Positions 1 through 11,803 of a stretch of DNA of 63,675 nucleotides are shown piece by piece. Source of the DNA: Lama glama (lineage: Eukaryota); the NCBI GenBank assembly GCA_028534125.1, contig CM052829.1:11470326-11534000 (forward strand), read 5' to 3'. The notes under the pieces are model-generated. The model was not told where the DNA came from, ran no database searches, and was given only the letters and a program-made list of their open reading frames with translations. The first letter of the stretch is position 1. Every line of letters begins with the position of its first letter. Position numbers and translations under genes: made by a program.

Positions 1-764
1 AATCTACCACACTCCCTAGAAATAAGTAAAAAACTCAATTTCACTATTATATTTTATTTTTCTATTAAAGTGTCCTCTTTCTGACTGAAGAATCCTTTCC
101 AATTCCTGCCGGGGTCTTTTTCCTCCAGGTAATCCGTTTTCTCAACTAAAATTTCTGTCTAGTCTCACTTTCAGTTGTAGATTGGCCCCTGTTCCTTAAA
201 GTCTCCCCTTTGCTACATTCTCTCCACCCTCATCCTTGCTCCTAAGAATGGAAGGATGAATTAATGAGATTCCAAACCTGGTCTGCAGAGAAGGGTGATG
301 TGAACTTAGCAAACTCTGTTTTAGATTCCTCTATCTTTTATCTTTTTAGCTATCAATGGGGGAAAAAATCAATGGAAAACAGACAATGAATAGAATTAAC
401 CAAAAGTCAAAATGACATTACACCAAAGAGTAACATAAAGACATAGATCGCATATTAAAGCATAGAATCACGTAAGTATCTCAGAGATTTTTAGTAATTC
501 AAATTATGTAAGGACAAGGTCCAAATGCCTAACAGTGCCCATTTTTTGAGGTTATGATGCACTTTATTCCTTTGTTAAATAAGGGTTCTCTTTCCTTTAC
601 TCGACACAGGCTCACTCGTCATGTAGAAATGGTGGTGCTCTTTCTGTGCTCTAAATATTCTCACATAGCTGAAAAAAATTCTTCCGTGAAGTAGTTTCCT
701 GGAGTTTTTTGCTTTTCGTGAAATGATTTCCCTTGACAAAATAAAGCGTTGTACTACATTGCAG

Positions 765-854
765 CCTCACTGTTAGGAACGAAGAAAGAGGGGAAAGCGC
801 GGGAAGACCCACACACACCACAAAGATGGAGAGCATCCAGATCCTAGAGGAGTG
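765..854 (+). CDS. RGS17: RGS17 internal coding exon (linker upstream of the RGS domain)
   Basis: ttgcAG acceptor and GTGAGT donor. 90 bp, phase 2/2, translating (C)LTVRNEERGESAGRPTHTTKMESIQILEE(C), which matches the recalled RGS17 sequence. Missed by the ORF track. Upstream exons lie outside the window. Confidence 0.95.
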
Positions 855-2197
855 GTGAGTGCGGTTCCCATGATTACTGTGTCTTGTGTGCGCGCACTGT
901 TCACACCTACCCAGCGCTGAAACACAGTCCCGGGCTTCCTGGTCCTCTCGGAATGGTTCTGGGCGATGCATGCACACTCAGCCTGGGAGATCTTATTTTG
1001 TGATTGCAATAGCTTTCTGTTGATTTTTCTATGAGCTGTGCTGTTGGCTAAAGCATTACCTGAGCTTAACCGCTTTCAGAATATAATGACTGCTATGTGA
1101 ATTAGCTCCCCAAATTGCCTTAATTCTTTTTCTCTTTTCTGAGGCTATTTTTTAAGTTGTTCTCTTTATAGGGGAAGAGTCTAAAACACACACACAAAAA
1201 GATGGAATTACTTAAGTCAGTCAGAAAGGACACCCAGCTGGCCCCTGGCCCCAGTTCCATCAGGTCATACTCTAACCAAATATTGTCTCCAAAGTGAGAA
1301 GCTAAATTGCAGTCTTTACAGAATAAAACTAAAATTGAAGTAGATTCTTGGTATAACAGGTGCTTTCTTTTCCCACTTCTCATGAGAACGCTTTGATGTG
1401 GATGCTTCATAGTAATTTTTCTGTCTTTTAAAAATGTTTGAATGAGAAAGTTCAAGCATCTTGGAATGGTAGCAAATCTATTTAAAATACTCGGTCAAAA
1501 AGGTAAGAATAAATAAAATATAAGTACTTTTTGGAACAAATGTATTTTTAGGTTGGAAAATTATTAAACAGACCAATGAATGGGAAAGCAAAACCAGGAT
1601 CAATTTAACCACAAGAATCTCCAAGCTTCTCTCCTCTACTTCTTTGATGGATAAGGAAGTAATAGCTGGTGGTTTCTGCAGGAAAGTAGTTGTTGAAGAT
1701 CTGAATATGGAAAACTAAAAAGTCCCTCATGTCATGATAAAGGTCTGGTCCTTTTAAACTGTGATAACTCCATTCACAATATTGACTAGAATAACTATTA
1801 AAGTTTAGGAAAATACGTGACAAGTCCACACTATGTATTCTTATTTTAGATCCTGTGAAAATGAAAATAAAAAATACCAGAGATGGGAAGAGAAACTATA
1901 TCTTATGGATTGAAAACTAAAAGCTACATCTGATGCAAACAAAAAAGTTCAGTTTGCCTTTCAAAGTAATGTATAAACTGTTTCTATCAACTTACAATAG
2001 GTTGTTATGGTTTGAACATTTCCAAGTTTCACTAGGAATTTATGATGACCACGTGCATGGTATGTGGAGCCCCTTGCTATCCGAATGTTTGACTCCCTAA
2101 CACGTAGCTTGTGCCTACAGGAATTTTTGTCAAGAGCCAGAAATAATTAGCCTAGTCCTGGCAGATGTTTGCCAGCTCAGGCCGAACTGAGTCACAA

Positions 2198-2216
2198 TGA
2201 CCACTAGATGGCAGCA
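2198..2216 (+). promoter_or_regulatory. CTCF motif in an RGS17 intron, next to an AP-1 site
   Basis: TGACCACTAGATGGCAGCA matches the CTCF core CCASYAGRKGGCRS. TGAGTCA (AP-1) lies at 2188-2194. Confidence 0.7.
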
Positions 2217-2308
2217 ATTGAATAGCGTTTCTGTTTGCCTTCTCCTACACCTGGGCCAGCCTTCATGTCAAAGTTGCCTTTAATAATGGCCCCATTCTGT
2301 CTCTGCAG

Positions 2309-2543
2309 CCAAAACCCCACTTCAGATGAAGTCTTGTCCTGGTCTCAAAATTTTGACAAGATGATGAAGGCCCCGGCCGGAAGAAACCTCTTCAGAGAGT
2401 TCCTCCGAACAGAATACAGTGAGGAGAACCTACTTTTCTGGCTTGCCTGTGAAGACTTGAAGAAAGAGCAGAACAAAAAAGTCATAGAAGAAAAGGCCAG
2501 AATGATATATGAAGATTACATTTCTATCCTATCACCAAAAGAG
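2309..2543 (+). CDS. RGS17: RGS17 coding exon, N-terminal part of the RGS domain
   Basis: ctgcAG / GTAAAA, 235 bp, QNPTSDEVLSWSQNFDKMMKAPAGRNLFREFLRTEYSEENLLFWLACEDLKKEQNKKVIEEKARMIYEDYISILSPKE. Phase is consistent with both flanking exons. Confidence 0.98.
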
Positions 2544-2840
2544 GTAAAAATCTGGCAGATAGTGATGTGGGCTTCTTAAGACCAAGGACGAACTGAAAAG
2601 GACCTCTGTCCAAACTGAGTCATGCCTGGGGTGTGGACAGGCTAGAAGGCTTCCCTGGGCAGATAATCCAGATTCCATTCTGAGAATCCACCTGACCTCG
2701 TGTTTGAGGTTAGGTTTCCCCACGGTGCTTTGATGGTTGACTCCGGTAGCAGTCTACTTGATTATTTCAGAACTAACACTAGGAAGCCTATTAAATACAA
2801 TTAGCCATGACTTTGCAGTGGAAAAGAACTTACTTTGAGG

Positions 2841-3010
2841 CAGTGTTTCTCAAAGTGTGATCCCTAGATCACCTGTAGAGGATCCCCTGGAGCATCTGTT
2901 TGAAAAACAAATTCTTGAGACCCACCCAGGACTTCTGAATCTGAATTTTTGGAAAGACAGCCCAGGAAATCCACACTTTTAGCAAATTTTCCACATATGT
3001 ACTGGTTTGA
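2841..3010. mobile_element. MER5-type hAT-Charlie DNA transposon relic
   Basis: Starts CAGTGTTTCTCAAAGTGTG and contains cccacccagg..ctgaatctgaattt, typical of MER5A/B. Boundaries approximate. Confidence 0.65.
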
Positions 3011-3303
3011 ATACCTCTGGTAGGAGGTAAAAAACAACAACAAAAAATCCTGCCATGTTGATGCGTGTAAAATAATAGAATTTCTACAGAACTGAAGAAT
3101 AAGTCTTTCTGACCCACTAATATTCTTGAGGGAGAGATGGGTCATGAGTTATTTTACTGGTTCTGTTTCCATTTTTGCAAGTACATGCTGTTTTTCCCAT
3201 TGCCAGGATGTGCCTGGTAAACAAGGAACATTTCAAGCAACCGGATGAACACTTTTCCATTAACTTTTTAAAAATGAATTTGCTCCTGAGAAATTTTCCA
3301 TTT

Positions 3304-3401
3304 TTTAAATTTTTTTTAATTGAAGTGCAGTCAGTTACAATGCGTCCATTTCTGGTGTACAACACAATGTCCCAGTCATGCACGTACAGTACAAATATTC
3401 A
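3304..3401 (-). mobile_element. 5'-truncated L1 3'-end insertion with target-site duplication
   Basis: Poly-T followed by ttgaagtgcagtcagttacaatg..tctggtgtaca. Flanked by a perfect 17-bp direct repeat TGAGAAATTTTCCATTT (3287-3303 and 3402-3418). Confidence 0.8.
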
Positions 3402-3860
3402 TGAGAAATTTTCCATTTACCAGAATTACACACATTCGGTGAGGGAGGTGCTAATAGTCTGCCCGGCCTTTGGAGTGCTGAGTGACTGAATTCCAGAGAT
3501 GCTTCTAAGCATTTGAATTTAGAGGTTTCTAGAATGCCTCTCTTCTGCACGCCACTTCTTGCCTTTTCTCTCTCTCCTAAACCACTGTGATTTTTACCTT
3601 TGCATTTAAATGTTCTGATCTGGTACTTTCTGGTCCCAGAGTTTAGCCTCCACACCCCTCTCTTCGTGCACACAGACATGAAGTCCCCCAGAAGTAGTCT
3701 GTACTCATCTGCCTCGTCCAACACTTGATGTGGCCCCAACTGGCCTTATCCTCCTTACTTTTCAAAATTTATAAGATGAATTTGTATCTACTTTATCAAT
3801 CTGTGTGTTTGGGATGCTGTATATGCTATTTCACTACTAATGAAGTATATACCTAAGTGA

Positions 3861-4220
3861 TTTTTTTTATTGAAGTATAGTCAGTTTACAGTATGTCAAT
3901 TTCTGGTGTACAGCATAATGTTTCAGTCATACGTATATAAACATGTATTTATTTTCATATTCCTTTTCATTATAGGTTGTTACTATTGAATACAGTTCCC
4001 TGTGCTATACAGAAGAATTTAATTTTTTATCTATTTTATATATGGTAGTTAGTATTTATAAATCTCGAACTCCCAATTTATCCATTCCCACCCTCTTTAC
4101 CCCCTTGGTAACCGTAAGTTTGTTTACTATGTCTGTGAGTCTGTTTCCCTTTTGTAGTTAAGTTCATTAGTGCCTTCTTTTTTCTCTTTTTTTTTTAGAT
4201 TCTACATATGAGTGACATCA
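3861..4220 (-). mobile_element. L1 3' UTR fragment (artiodactyl/camelid-type)
   Basis: tttttattgaagtatagtcagtttaca..tctggtgtacagc..atacagttccctgtgctatacag..ggtaaccgtaagtttg. Same family as 3304 and 55351. Confidence 0.8.
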
Positions 4221-7200
4221 TTTTTTTTTAATGCATTAGTTAGGCTATAAGTGCCATTAGTATTCCAGGGCACTCCAGTAATGTCTCTACAAAATGAGAA
4301 ACCTGAACTAGATACACAAAAGATGGTGGTTTTTTTTTTTTTTATTTCCTGTATTAACATAGGAAAAGTATTCATGGAAACAAGGAGGGGACAATTGTTT
4401 CTGTAGCCTCAATACATTTATTACTGATGCCATTAGTATTTCTAACACCGTTAAAATTCTGCATCTTAAAAATGCATCCTTCGGTTTCCTGGACTTTCTA
4501 GAACCTCAGCATCTAACCAATTCTACTTGAAATTTTATTAGCGTATTAATTTCACCTCCATTTTTTTAAACATTGTGGTACATGACAAGCGTATCAAATA
4601 AACCCAGTGTGCCCAGAGATGTGCTTTTCTTGCCCATACGTACACATAATTAGAGTCTTTGGGAAGATTATCTAGCCCATTTCTCTCCCCAAAATGTGCA
4701 ATGTGTATCATTTTTAAATGAGTATTGTCTGGATAATCTAGTCCATTCCTTTGTACTGTCTATGTATCATCTTAAAATGATGACTGTCCCATTTTAAAGT
4801 AACATTAGTAGAAAAAGTATTCTCCATATTAAGTACACGCAGTTCCTTTATTTTACAGTCTCCATCTTCTAAGTTTTAGTTTTTATGGGAAACATTTTCC
4901 CACTGTCCTGACAACTCTTTTGATTTTCACATGTCACACATTGGTGAAGCTTTATAAAACACTTAATTTTCACAAAATTGCTTCTTTGGGCCACAGTTTA
5001 GAGACAGTATAGTTATTGATTACTGAAATATAAATCATTGGATTTGCATTTTACAAAAGTAATGGAGTTTTGTTTTAGCCAAATTTCTTCACTCTGAACA
5101 TGAGTTTCACCAAAAAGTCATTAAAATATTATTTCCTGATTAAGTATACGACCTTCCCTAAATTAAATACTCATACTTAGTGTAATTGCCATATTTACTC
5201 TCTCCTTTATTTTTTCTAACATCTACATTTGGGCCATTACACACTAATATCCTCTAAATACTATAGAGGGAGACAAAGGTGAAATTCAGATCTTCATCAT
5301 TTTGCTACTTGGTGGCTGACTTATAAATAACTCTTGACACAGACCTAAGGTACTGGACTGCATGATTGCTCCTCTGTCAGCATAGTAATTATATTGGTTT
5401 GTTATTTAGCAGAAAAACTTAATAAACCTAAAGTAGGCAATTACAAATGGTTAACTGTTAAAAAGTTATATTTTAATGCCCAGATATAGATATATTTACT
5501 TGTGAGCCGAGTCAAATGACTTGACTCACTAATAATCTCATAAAATGGCCTGCACTTTCTAGCTTTGCCAGGGTCCTTCCTGAAATACTGTATCTCACTA
5601 ACCTTCCTGTACAAAAACTTGTCAGCTTCTAATCAACAGTACATTACTAACCATTTAACAATACTGAGTTACCATCCTTCAGATTTTGTCCTCCAGCACT
5701 GGCGAGAACACACATCCCCTCAAGTGAGCCCTGCCTACACGGTGGGAAGGACAGTGAACCAACATCCACGTGCCCAGGACTCTGGCCCTGGCTCTGCTTC
5801 AACTTAATTATGTCGCCGGGGATAAATTAGTTCAGTTTTCTGGGCCTCCATGTTCAGTTGATTTGTTTACAAAAATAAAAACAAAGGTACAGAGGGTAAT
5901 AAACCAAATCCAGAAAGACAGCTGTAAGGCCCTTGGCTACAGTGGCATCCTCCCCAGCAAATGGCACGGCTAACCACTGGTGGTCCTCCTTACAGCTCTG
6001 CCAGAGCCAGCCTCAGACTCCCTCTCAACACAGAACTCAGAGCAGCCTCTGCAAACCGTCGGAGCTGGGAATCTGTTTCCCACTTTGGAGCTAACTAATC
6101 TAGCTTCTCCACCTCTGGAATTCTATAACTCTTTATACTCAGAATATTCTTAAAGAATATGAACATTTGAGTCATTTATAAAATAATGACTAAACAGCTG
6201 AAAATGCCACGATTTTATTCTTAACCAGAGCCTCGTTTTTCTTCTCTAGACTTTCATTTTTCCCTTAATTTGATTGAGTTATCATGTTCTTCTTTGTTAA
6301 GTGTACAGGAAGTCTACATTCTTAAAATTATCTATATATACATAGCATATTTCCTTCATGAGGCCAGTGTGCTGAAAATTAAATTTCATTGCTTTAAGAG
6401 CACATTTTATGCTTTTTTAATATTTTGAGCATAGTGTTATAAAATAGATGTTTATAATCAGGAGGCAATATAACTTCCATTCTGGTACAGTATACATTTC
6501 AAGAGGGGAAAGGACCAAATATTAAAATTTTTAAAAATCTAAAAACAAATAAAACACAGGATTTCTTTCAAAAGCAAATTTTCTTTTTATGTGATATCCT
6601 CAAAGGGGAAAATAAAACAGAGGTAATAAAGAAGAGGTTAAGACTAACAGTAGCTTTGCTATGCATCACTGATGCTAGTGGCAGCTTATATTTATTAAGT
6701 GTTGGAAAGACAAACCCAGCAAAATAAAGAACTTTAATAAAAAGTCTACTTAAGAAGTATGACCAACAATAGTTCAATAGCACTGAACTATTGAATAAAG
6801 AGATAATTATAAATCCTGCAACAAATGTAAGACAGCGGAATTGAAGAAAACTATGTGTGTTCAGTTCTCTACAAATCCCCTTAGCGATGGCTTTGTCCTT
6901 AACCAGGGCTGTAATCCAGCCCTGCCACTTACCATCTGTTTGATACTGATCAACTCACATCGATGCTCTGTGACCTCAGCTTCCTCATTTTGTAGAATGA
7001 TGGTGTGGAAAAAGCTCTAAAACCCACTCTGTCTATGACTTTCAGACTCCGCTTTATGGCAATTTTAATAATAGTAGAAACTGTTTGCTTCTTCTGATTT
7101 CACCCTAAACCTCCAGCGGCTATCTGGGACGGAAAAAAAAAAAGTAATAAGCCTATTTAAGCACCAGGATTATCTAAAAATAATGCATATGTGATAGACA

Positions 7201-7344
7201 TGTGGGTTCTGTGTGGGCATCTAGACAGATGACTCTTCAAGCAAAATTATGGGAATGTAGCATTTTTATGATTTAAACCCATTTTTCTAAACAGGACTCA
7301 GTTGATTGTATTTTCCTAGAGTCATTTCTTATGCTTATTATAAT

Positions 7345-7600
7345 TCAAAACATATGTGCTGAGTACTTCCTGCGAGCCTGGTCCTGGGCTAGATGTTGGG
7401 GATGTGATGGTGAACAAGAAAAACACTGGCCTATACCTTATGGAGCTTTTGTTTCAGGAAGGCAGACAAATCATGTCAAAAATAAGTAATTAAAAATCAT
7501 GGTAACCACTATGATGGGGGTGGAGGTCAAATGATGTAGTTAGAATAGGGTTAGTCAGGTAAGGTCACTCTGAGAAAGAAAAATTCAAGTTGATACAAAG
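7345..7600. mobile_element. L2 relic
   Basis: attcaaaacatatgtgctgagtacttcctg..ctgggctagatgttgggg..gagcttt resembles the L2 3' end. Approximate. Confidence 0.5.
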
Positions 7601-8102
7601 TCTAAAGACATTGGGTTTGACCAAAAGGTATCATTATACATATGATCAATTATTATTATTATTACTTTACATTGGGCTTAAATTTTGTTTTGACAAAATG
7701 GTCTTATTATTACAATATGTCTCACAACAATCCTGTAGCCTCTAGGACAGGTGGCACCATTTTATAGCAAAGGAAGGTGAAACAAGGACACTAAGTGTAT
7801 CTGGCAGAGATAGGACACAACCCAAGGTGCTCTGGCTCCAGTTGTGGTGCTCCTCCAACTGCAGTATGATGATTCCTTATTCCATTGTCTAGTATTTTGT
7901 TCATGACACAACTATAGATTTCTGTGAACCCAAACTTAGAACACGAGACACAATGAGAATAAGCAACCTTAATCACATGTCTGAACTCCCCCTCAGAAGC
8001 AAGATAATTTCCCATAACTTATATTCCACCAGGAATATGATTACTCCACTTTATCCTTTCACTGATCCTTGCTCTAAGGAATACACCCCAATAATCAGTT
8101 TT

Positions 8103-8234
8103 GGGGGGAGGGTATAGCTCAACTGGTAGAGCGCATGCTTAGCATGTGTGAGGTCCCAGGTTCAATCCTCAGTACCTCCTCTAAGAATAAATAAGTAAAC
8201 CTAATTACCCCCCCATCAAAAACAAATAAACAAA
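8103..8234 (+). mobile_element. tRNA-Ala(AGC)-derived SINE, camelid Vic-1-like
   Basis: GGGGAGGGTATAGCTCAACTGGTAGAGCGCATGCTTAGCATG..GGTTCAATCC with Pol III A box (8115-8126), B box (8159-8168) and an A-rich tail. TSD CAATAATCAGT at 8089-8099 and 8235-8245. Confidence 0.88.
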
Positions 8235-8512
8235 CAATAATCAGTCTTATTTGCAATTTATAATTATTTTCAGTAGAAACAACACAAAATAATACAACTA
8301 AAAGTACTCATGGTAAAAAAATGTATTAAAATGAAAGAATCAGTCTTCAGATCTATAAAATTTAACATGAGAAGACCAAATTTAGTTAAAATTATAAAGA
8401 ACATCTCAAATGGCAGAAACTATAATTGGTAAAATTTAATATGGACTTATGAAAGAAAAAGAAAAAAATCAGAATTTTACTTGGAAGAGAATCCAAAACA
8501 AAGCAACTTAAG

Positions 8513-8617
8513 AGTAAAATTTAAAATAAAATGGAAAAAAATAGGTTGAAAACTCAATCATGATAAAGTAAAATTTAAAATAAAATAGAAAAAACAGGTT
8601 GAAAACTTAATCATGAT
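8513..8617. repeat. Diverged two-copy tandem duplication, period about 54 bp
   Basis: agtaaaatttaaaataaaat(g/a)gaaaaaa..aggttgaaaact(c/t)aatcatgat at 8513-8564 and 8567-8617. Confidence 0.9.
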
Positions 8618-11614
8618 GTGTAAAATAATTGTTCAAAGAATTAACTGACTTAAAGGAGGGTCTTTATGAGGGTAAAAGACTTTCAGTGATAATTCACCAT
8701 TTTCAGTATAATCCTGGAAAAAAAAAAAAAAGGCCCAAAGAGTCAAAATTTCCATTGCCTCTTGAAGGCTAGAAGAGAAAGGCAGGGTCAAAACTCAGGG
8801 TGTTCCCTTTGGGTAATATTCACCTATCATCAGTGAGGGAACTGGAGCCAGGGGTAGGAAATCTAGTAAGGTCAAGCATGGTAAATAACTCAGTTTGACC
8901 CAGGTTTTGGCAGCCACACTAGAAAGATTTGTTTTCATTCTCCCCACTTTACCCCCACACTCCTGTTGAACCTTTAGCTTCATCTTCCTCCCAACTAGTT
9001 CATGCACTTGCTGGTGGGTATTTTTATGTTTGCGAGCCACCCATCTTTCTTCTCCCACCTCCTACTCCCCATGGTGATGGATGCTTCCGAGTTCATTGAG
9101 TCCTAGCACAGAGTCATTTCAGCCTTTGCTTCAGTTACCACCTCTCAACACTGCCAACGTCCCCACCACTGCTAACACCAACAGTTAAATGCTGCCAAGT
9201 CTATCAGCATGTTGTCTGGTGCCCTATCTCACAGCAGTGGTTCTTTTCTTAACTCTGTTACTACTGTGCCCCACCCAGAGGGGAGTCTGTGAGGACTGAG
9301 TAAGAAAAGAATTTCCGTTGTCCAAGGATAGCTCTTGTCTTGTGCTGCTCAACCTTCTCTTCCCTTAGGATGAGTTTTTTTTATAGGAAACCCCTCAGTC
9401 CCTTATGCACTGGACCCAGATAAGATGGCCTTATAAGCCATCCAATGATGCATGAATCCTAGGGTGAATGTGGCTCAGGTCCATGCTGGGATCCACCCCT
9501 GCTGACCTGTATTATAGATGTTCCACAATCTGAAGCACAAAGATGCCACAAGATGAAACTGTAGACTGTAATACCCATGGGGTTTGTCCTTGTTATCTGA
9601 CCTCTCTACACTTCTTTTGACTGACCGACAACCTTTTCAAACAAACAACCAGATATTAAGGTAAATATTTTATTTTTTAAATGGAAACAGCAAATGTGTT
9701 TTTGTTACAGATTACTAAATGTTGAATGGTACTATTTTCTCTATGATATTTCACTACTGTTTTTAATTTGTAAAAAAAAATTAAATCACGCAATGAGGAC
9801 TCAAGACATTTAGTAATTCAAAGTATCTTATTTCTCTGTCTTAAGATAACCAATATCATTCTAGCTCCTGATAAACTGTTTCATTTATCATATGTTAAAT
9901 ATGTTAAATATATGTTATATGGTAAATAGCATATATTTCATTATGCTATTATTTAAGAAATAAATGACCTTCTTTCTTTATCACTAATCTAACGTTTCTT
10001 TTTCCCATGAAACAAATAGTTCCTAAGTTTGAAAGTAAGAGCACCATTTACAAAAATAGTAGAAATGTGTTTATGACTCACCTTACCATAATACTACATT
10101 TCAGGATAAGATCAATCAGTTTAAACTCCAGTTTAAACATTTTCCTGTTGAGTATAAACACAAATGACATTCAAAAATAAAACTTAGATAAAAATTCTGT
10201 ACTTTTTATTACTTTATACTTTATGATGACCCTTATGGCAACAACGCAGAGAATAAAGCTTGAACAATCCATTTCCAGAACATCTTTTCTTTTTTTTCCT
10301 TTAGAATTTAGAGAGAAGAATAGATAGTTCAGCCGAGAAATGTTTTAAGTTCTTCTATGTGTAAGTTAGTCTAGCCAAACCACTGAAATGGGGTCTGGAG
10401 CACCATTTCCTGACACGTCCTCCCATGGCCACCATCCCTCGGGTGTATCATTGAACCCAATTCCACACAGGTTACAGAGCTTGGGAATCTGGGGACACCA
10501 GATGAAATATGAGGGGCCTCAGTCACTGGGGCTGTTTCAGACCCAAGCTTAGTCCAAACAGTGGGTGGGAAAAGAAGCCAGAACCAAAAAGTCTTTCACA
10601 AAACGCTTGTGACAGTTTAGATACATACATGAAAAGCCTGTTTAGACTTGAGTACATCATGAGGCAGATAACTGTGGACGCCGATGCCCTGGTCCTTGTT
10701 CAGCAGTGAGAACTAAGGACACCAATCAGGACTCAGAGATGGTGCTCGCCTCTTAGAGAGCTTTGCTAACAGGTCATTTCAGGGCAGAGCTTAGTCCTAC
10801 TCCCCAGGCATGCCTTGACTGCTATTTAATTTTCCCACCTTCTGGATCCAACATACCCTACCAGTTCCAACAGGATTAGCATTTAGTGAGAAAGAAACTT
10901 TCCAAATAATTCTGTATGATTACTTTAACAGGTACTCTGAATTCCTACTTACATTTCTCCTTTCAAAGGCTACATTTCAAGCAATTGTTCTGCTTAATCT
11001 TTAGAACAGAGATCTCTAGATGTATTGCTCTGTGAGGACTACAGAGTTTGCTATGCCCTGCCAGTAAACGTAAGACCTGAAGAATGCCCACTGGGGTCAG
11101 CCCTCCCACATCCCTGGTTTCCTACCTCTGACACAGTAGGACTTACTGGGATATGAAACCCCTGGGAATCAGCATTTGATATACACGTTACGTTTTGACA
11201 GAGAACTACTCTCTGCCAGACTTTTTATCTTGTTCCATGGAGAAAGTCACCCTGGCAGTCACATAATAGGAGGAGGGAAATTCATGTTCTGGCTCCGGAA
11301 TTCTCTGGTACCTCAACAATGAATAGAAATTGTCAAACACACCAGAGAAAAATGCATAGAAAAGGTAAATCCAAGTAAGCCAAGATATTTATGAACCAAA
11401 GCTCTTGTTTAAAAGTTGGTTTTTGTTTAATTCAACTTTGAAAGAAGAAAAGTATGCAAGGTTATGTAACCTTTGAAAACATAACCTCAGGATTTTAGGT
11501 TTACTCTTTGAGGTTTACTCTTAGATTTCTCTGAATTGTCACAAACCTATAGTTACTGAATTGAGATCTTTTGAAAAAATATTATTTAATGTATCTGCTC
11601 TTATTTCTTTTTAG

Positions 11615-11803
11615 GTCAGTCTCGATTCTCGAGTTAGAGAGGTGATCGATAGAAATCTCTTGGATCCTAATCCTCACATGTATGAAGATGCTCAGCTTCA
11701 GATCTATACCTTAATGCACAGAGATTCTTTCCCAAGGTTTTTGAACTCTCAAATTTATAAGTCATTTGTTGAAAGTACTGCCAGCTCTACTTCTGAATCT
11801 TAA
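11615..11803 (+). CDS. RGS17: RGS17 last coding exon, end of RGS domain and stop
   Basis: ttttAG acceptor, VSLDSRVREVIDRNLLDPNPHMYEDAQLQIYTLMHRDSFPRFLNSQIYKSFVESTASSTSES*, TAA at 11801-11803. Has the RZ-subfamily Ser (EVSLD) where RGS4 has Asn128. Confidence 0.98.
   Translation, partial: VSLDSRVREVIDRNLLDPNPHMYEDAQLQIYTLMHRDSFPRFLNSQIYKSFVESTASSTSES

Noticed and set aside
8103-8180. Functional tRNA-Ala(AGC) gene
   Set aside because: An A-rich tail, TSD and lack of an oligo-T terminator right after the tRNA-like part identify it as a SINE.
8780-9600. GC-richer intronic block, possibly an old LTR/ERV relic
   Set aside because: I could not assign termini, a TSD or a family by eye.
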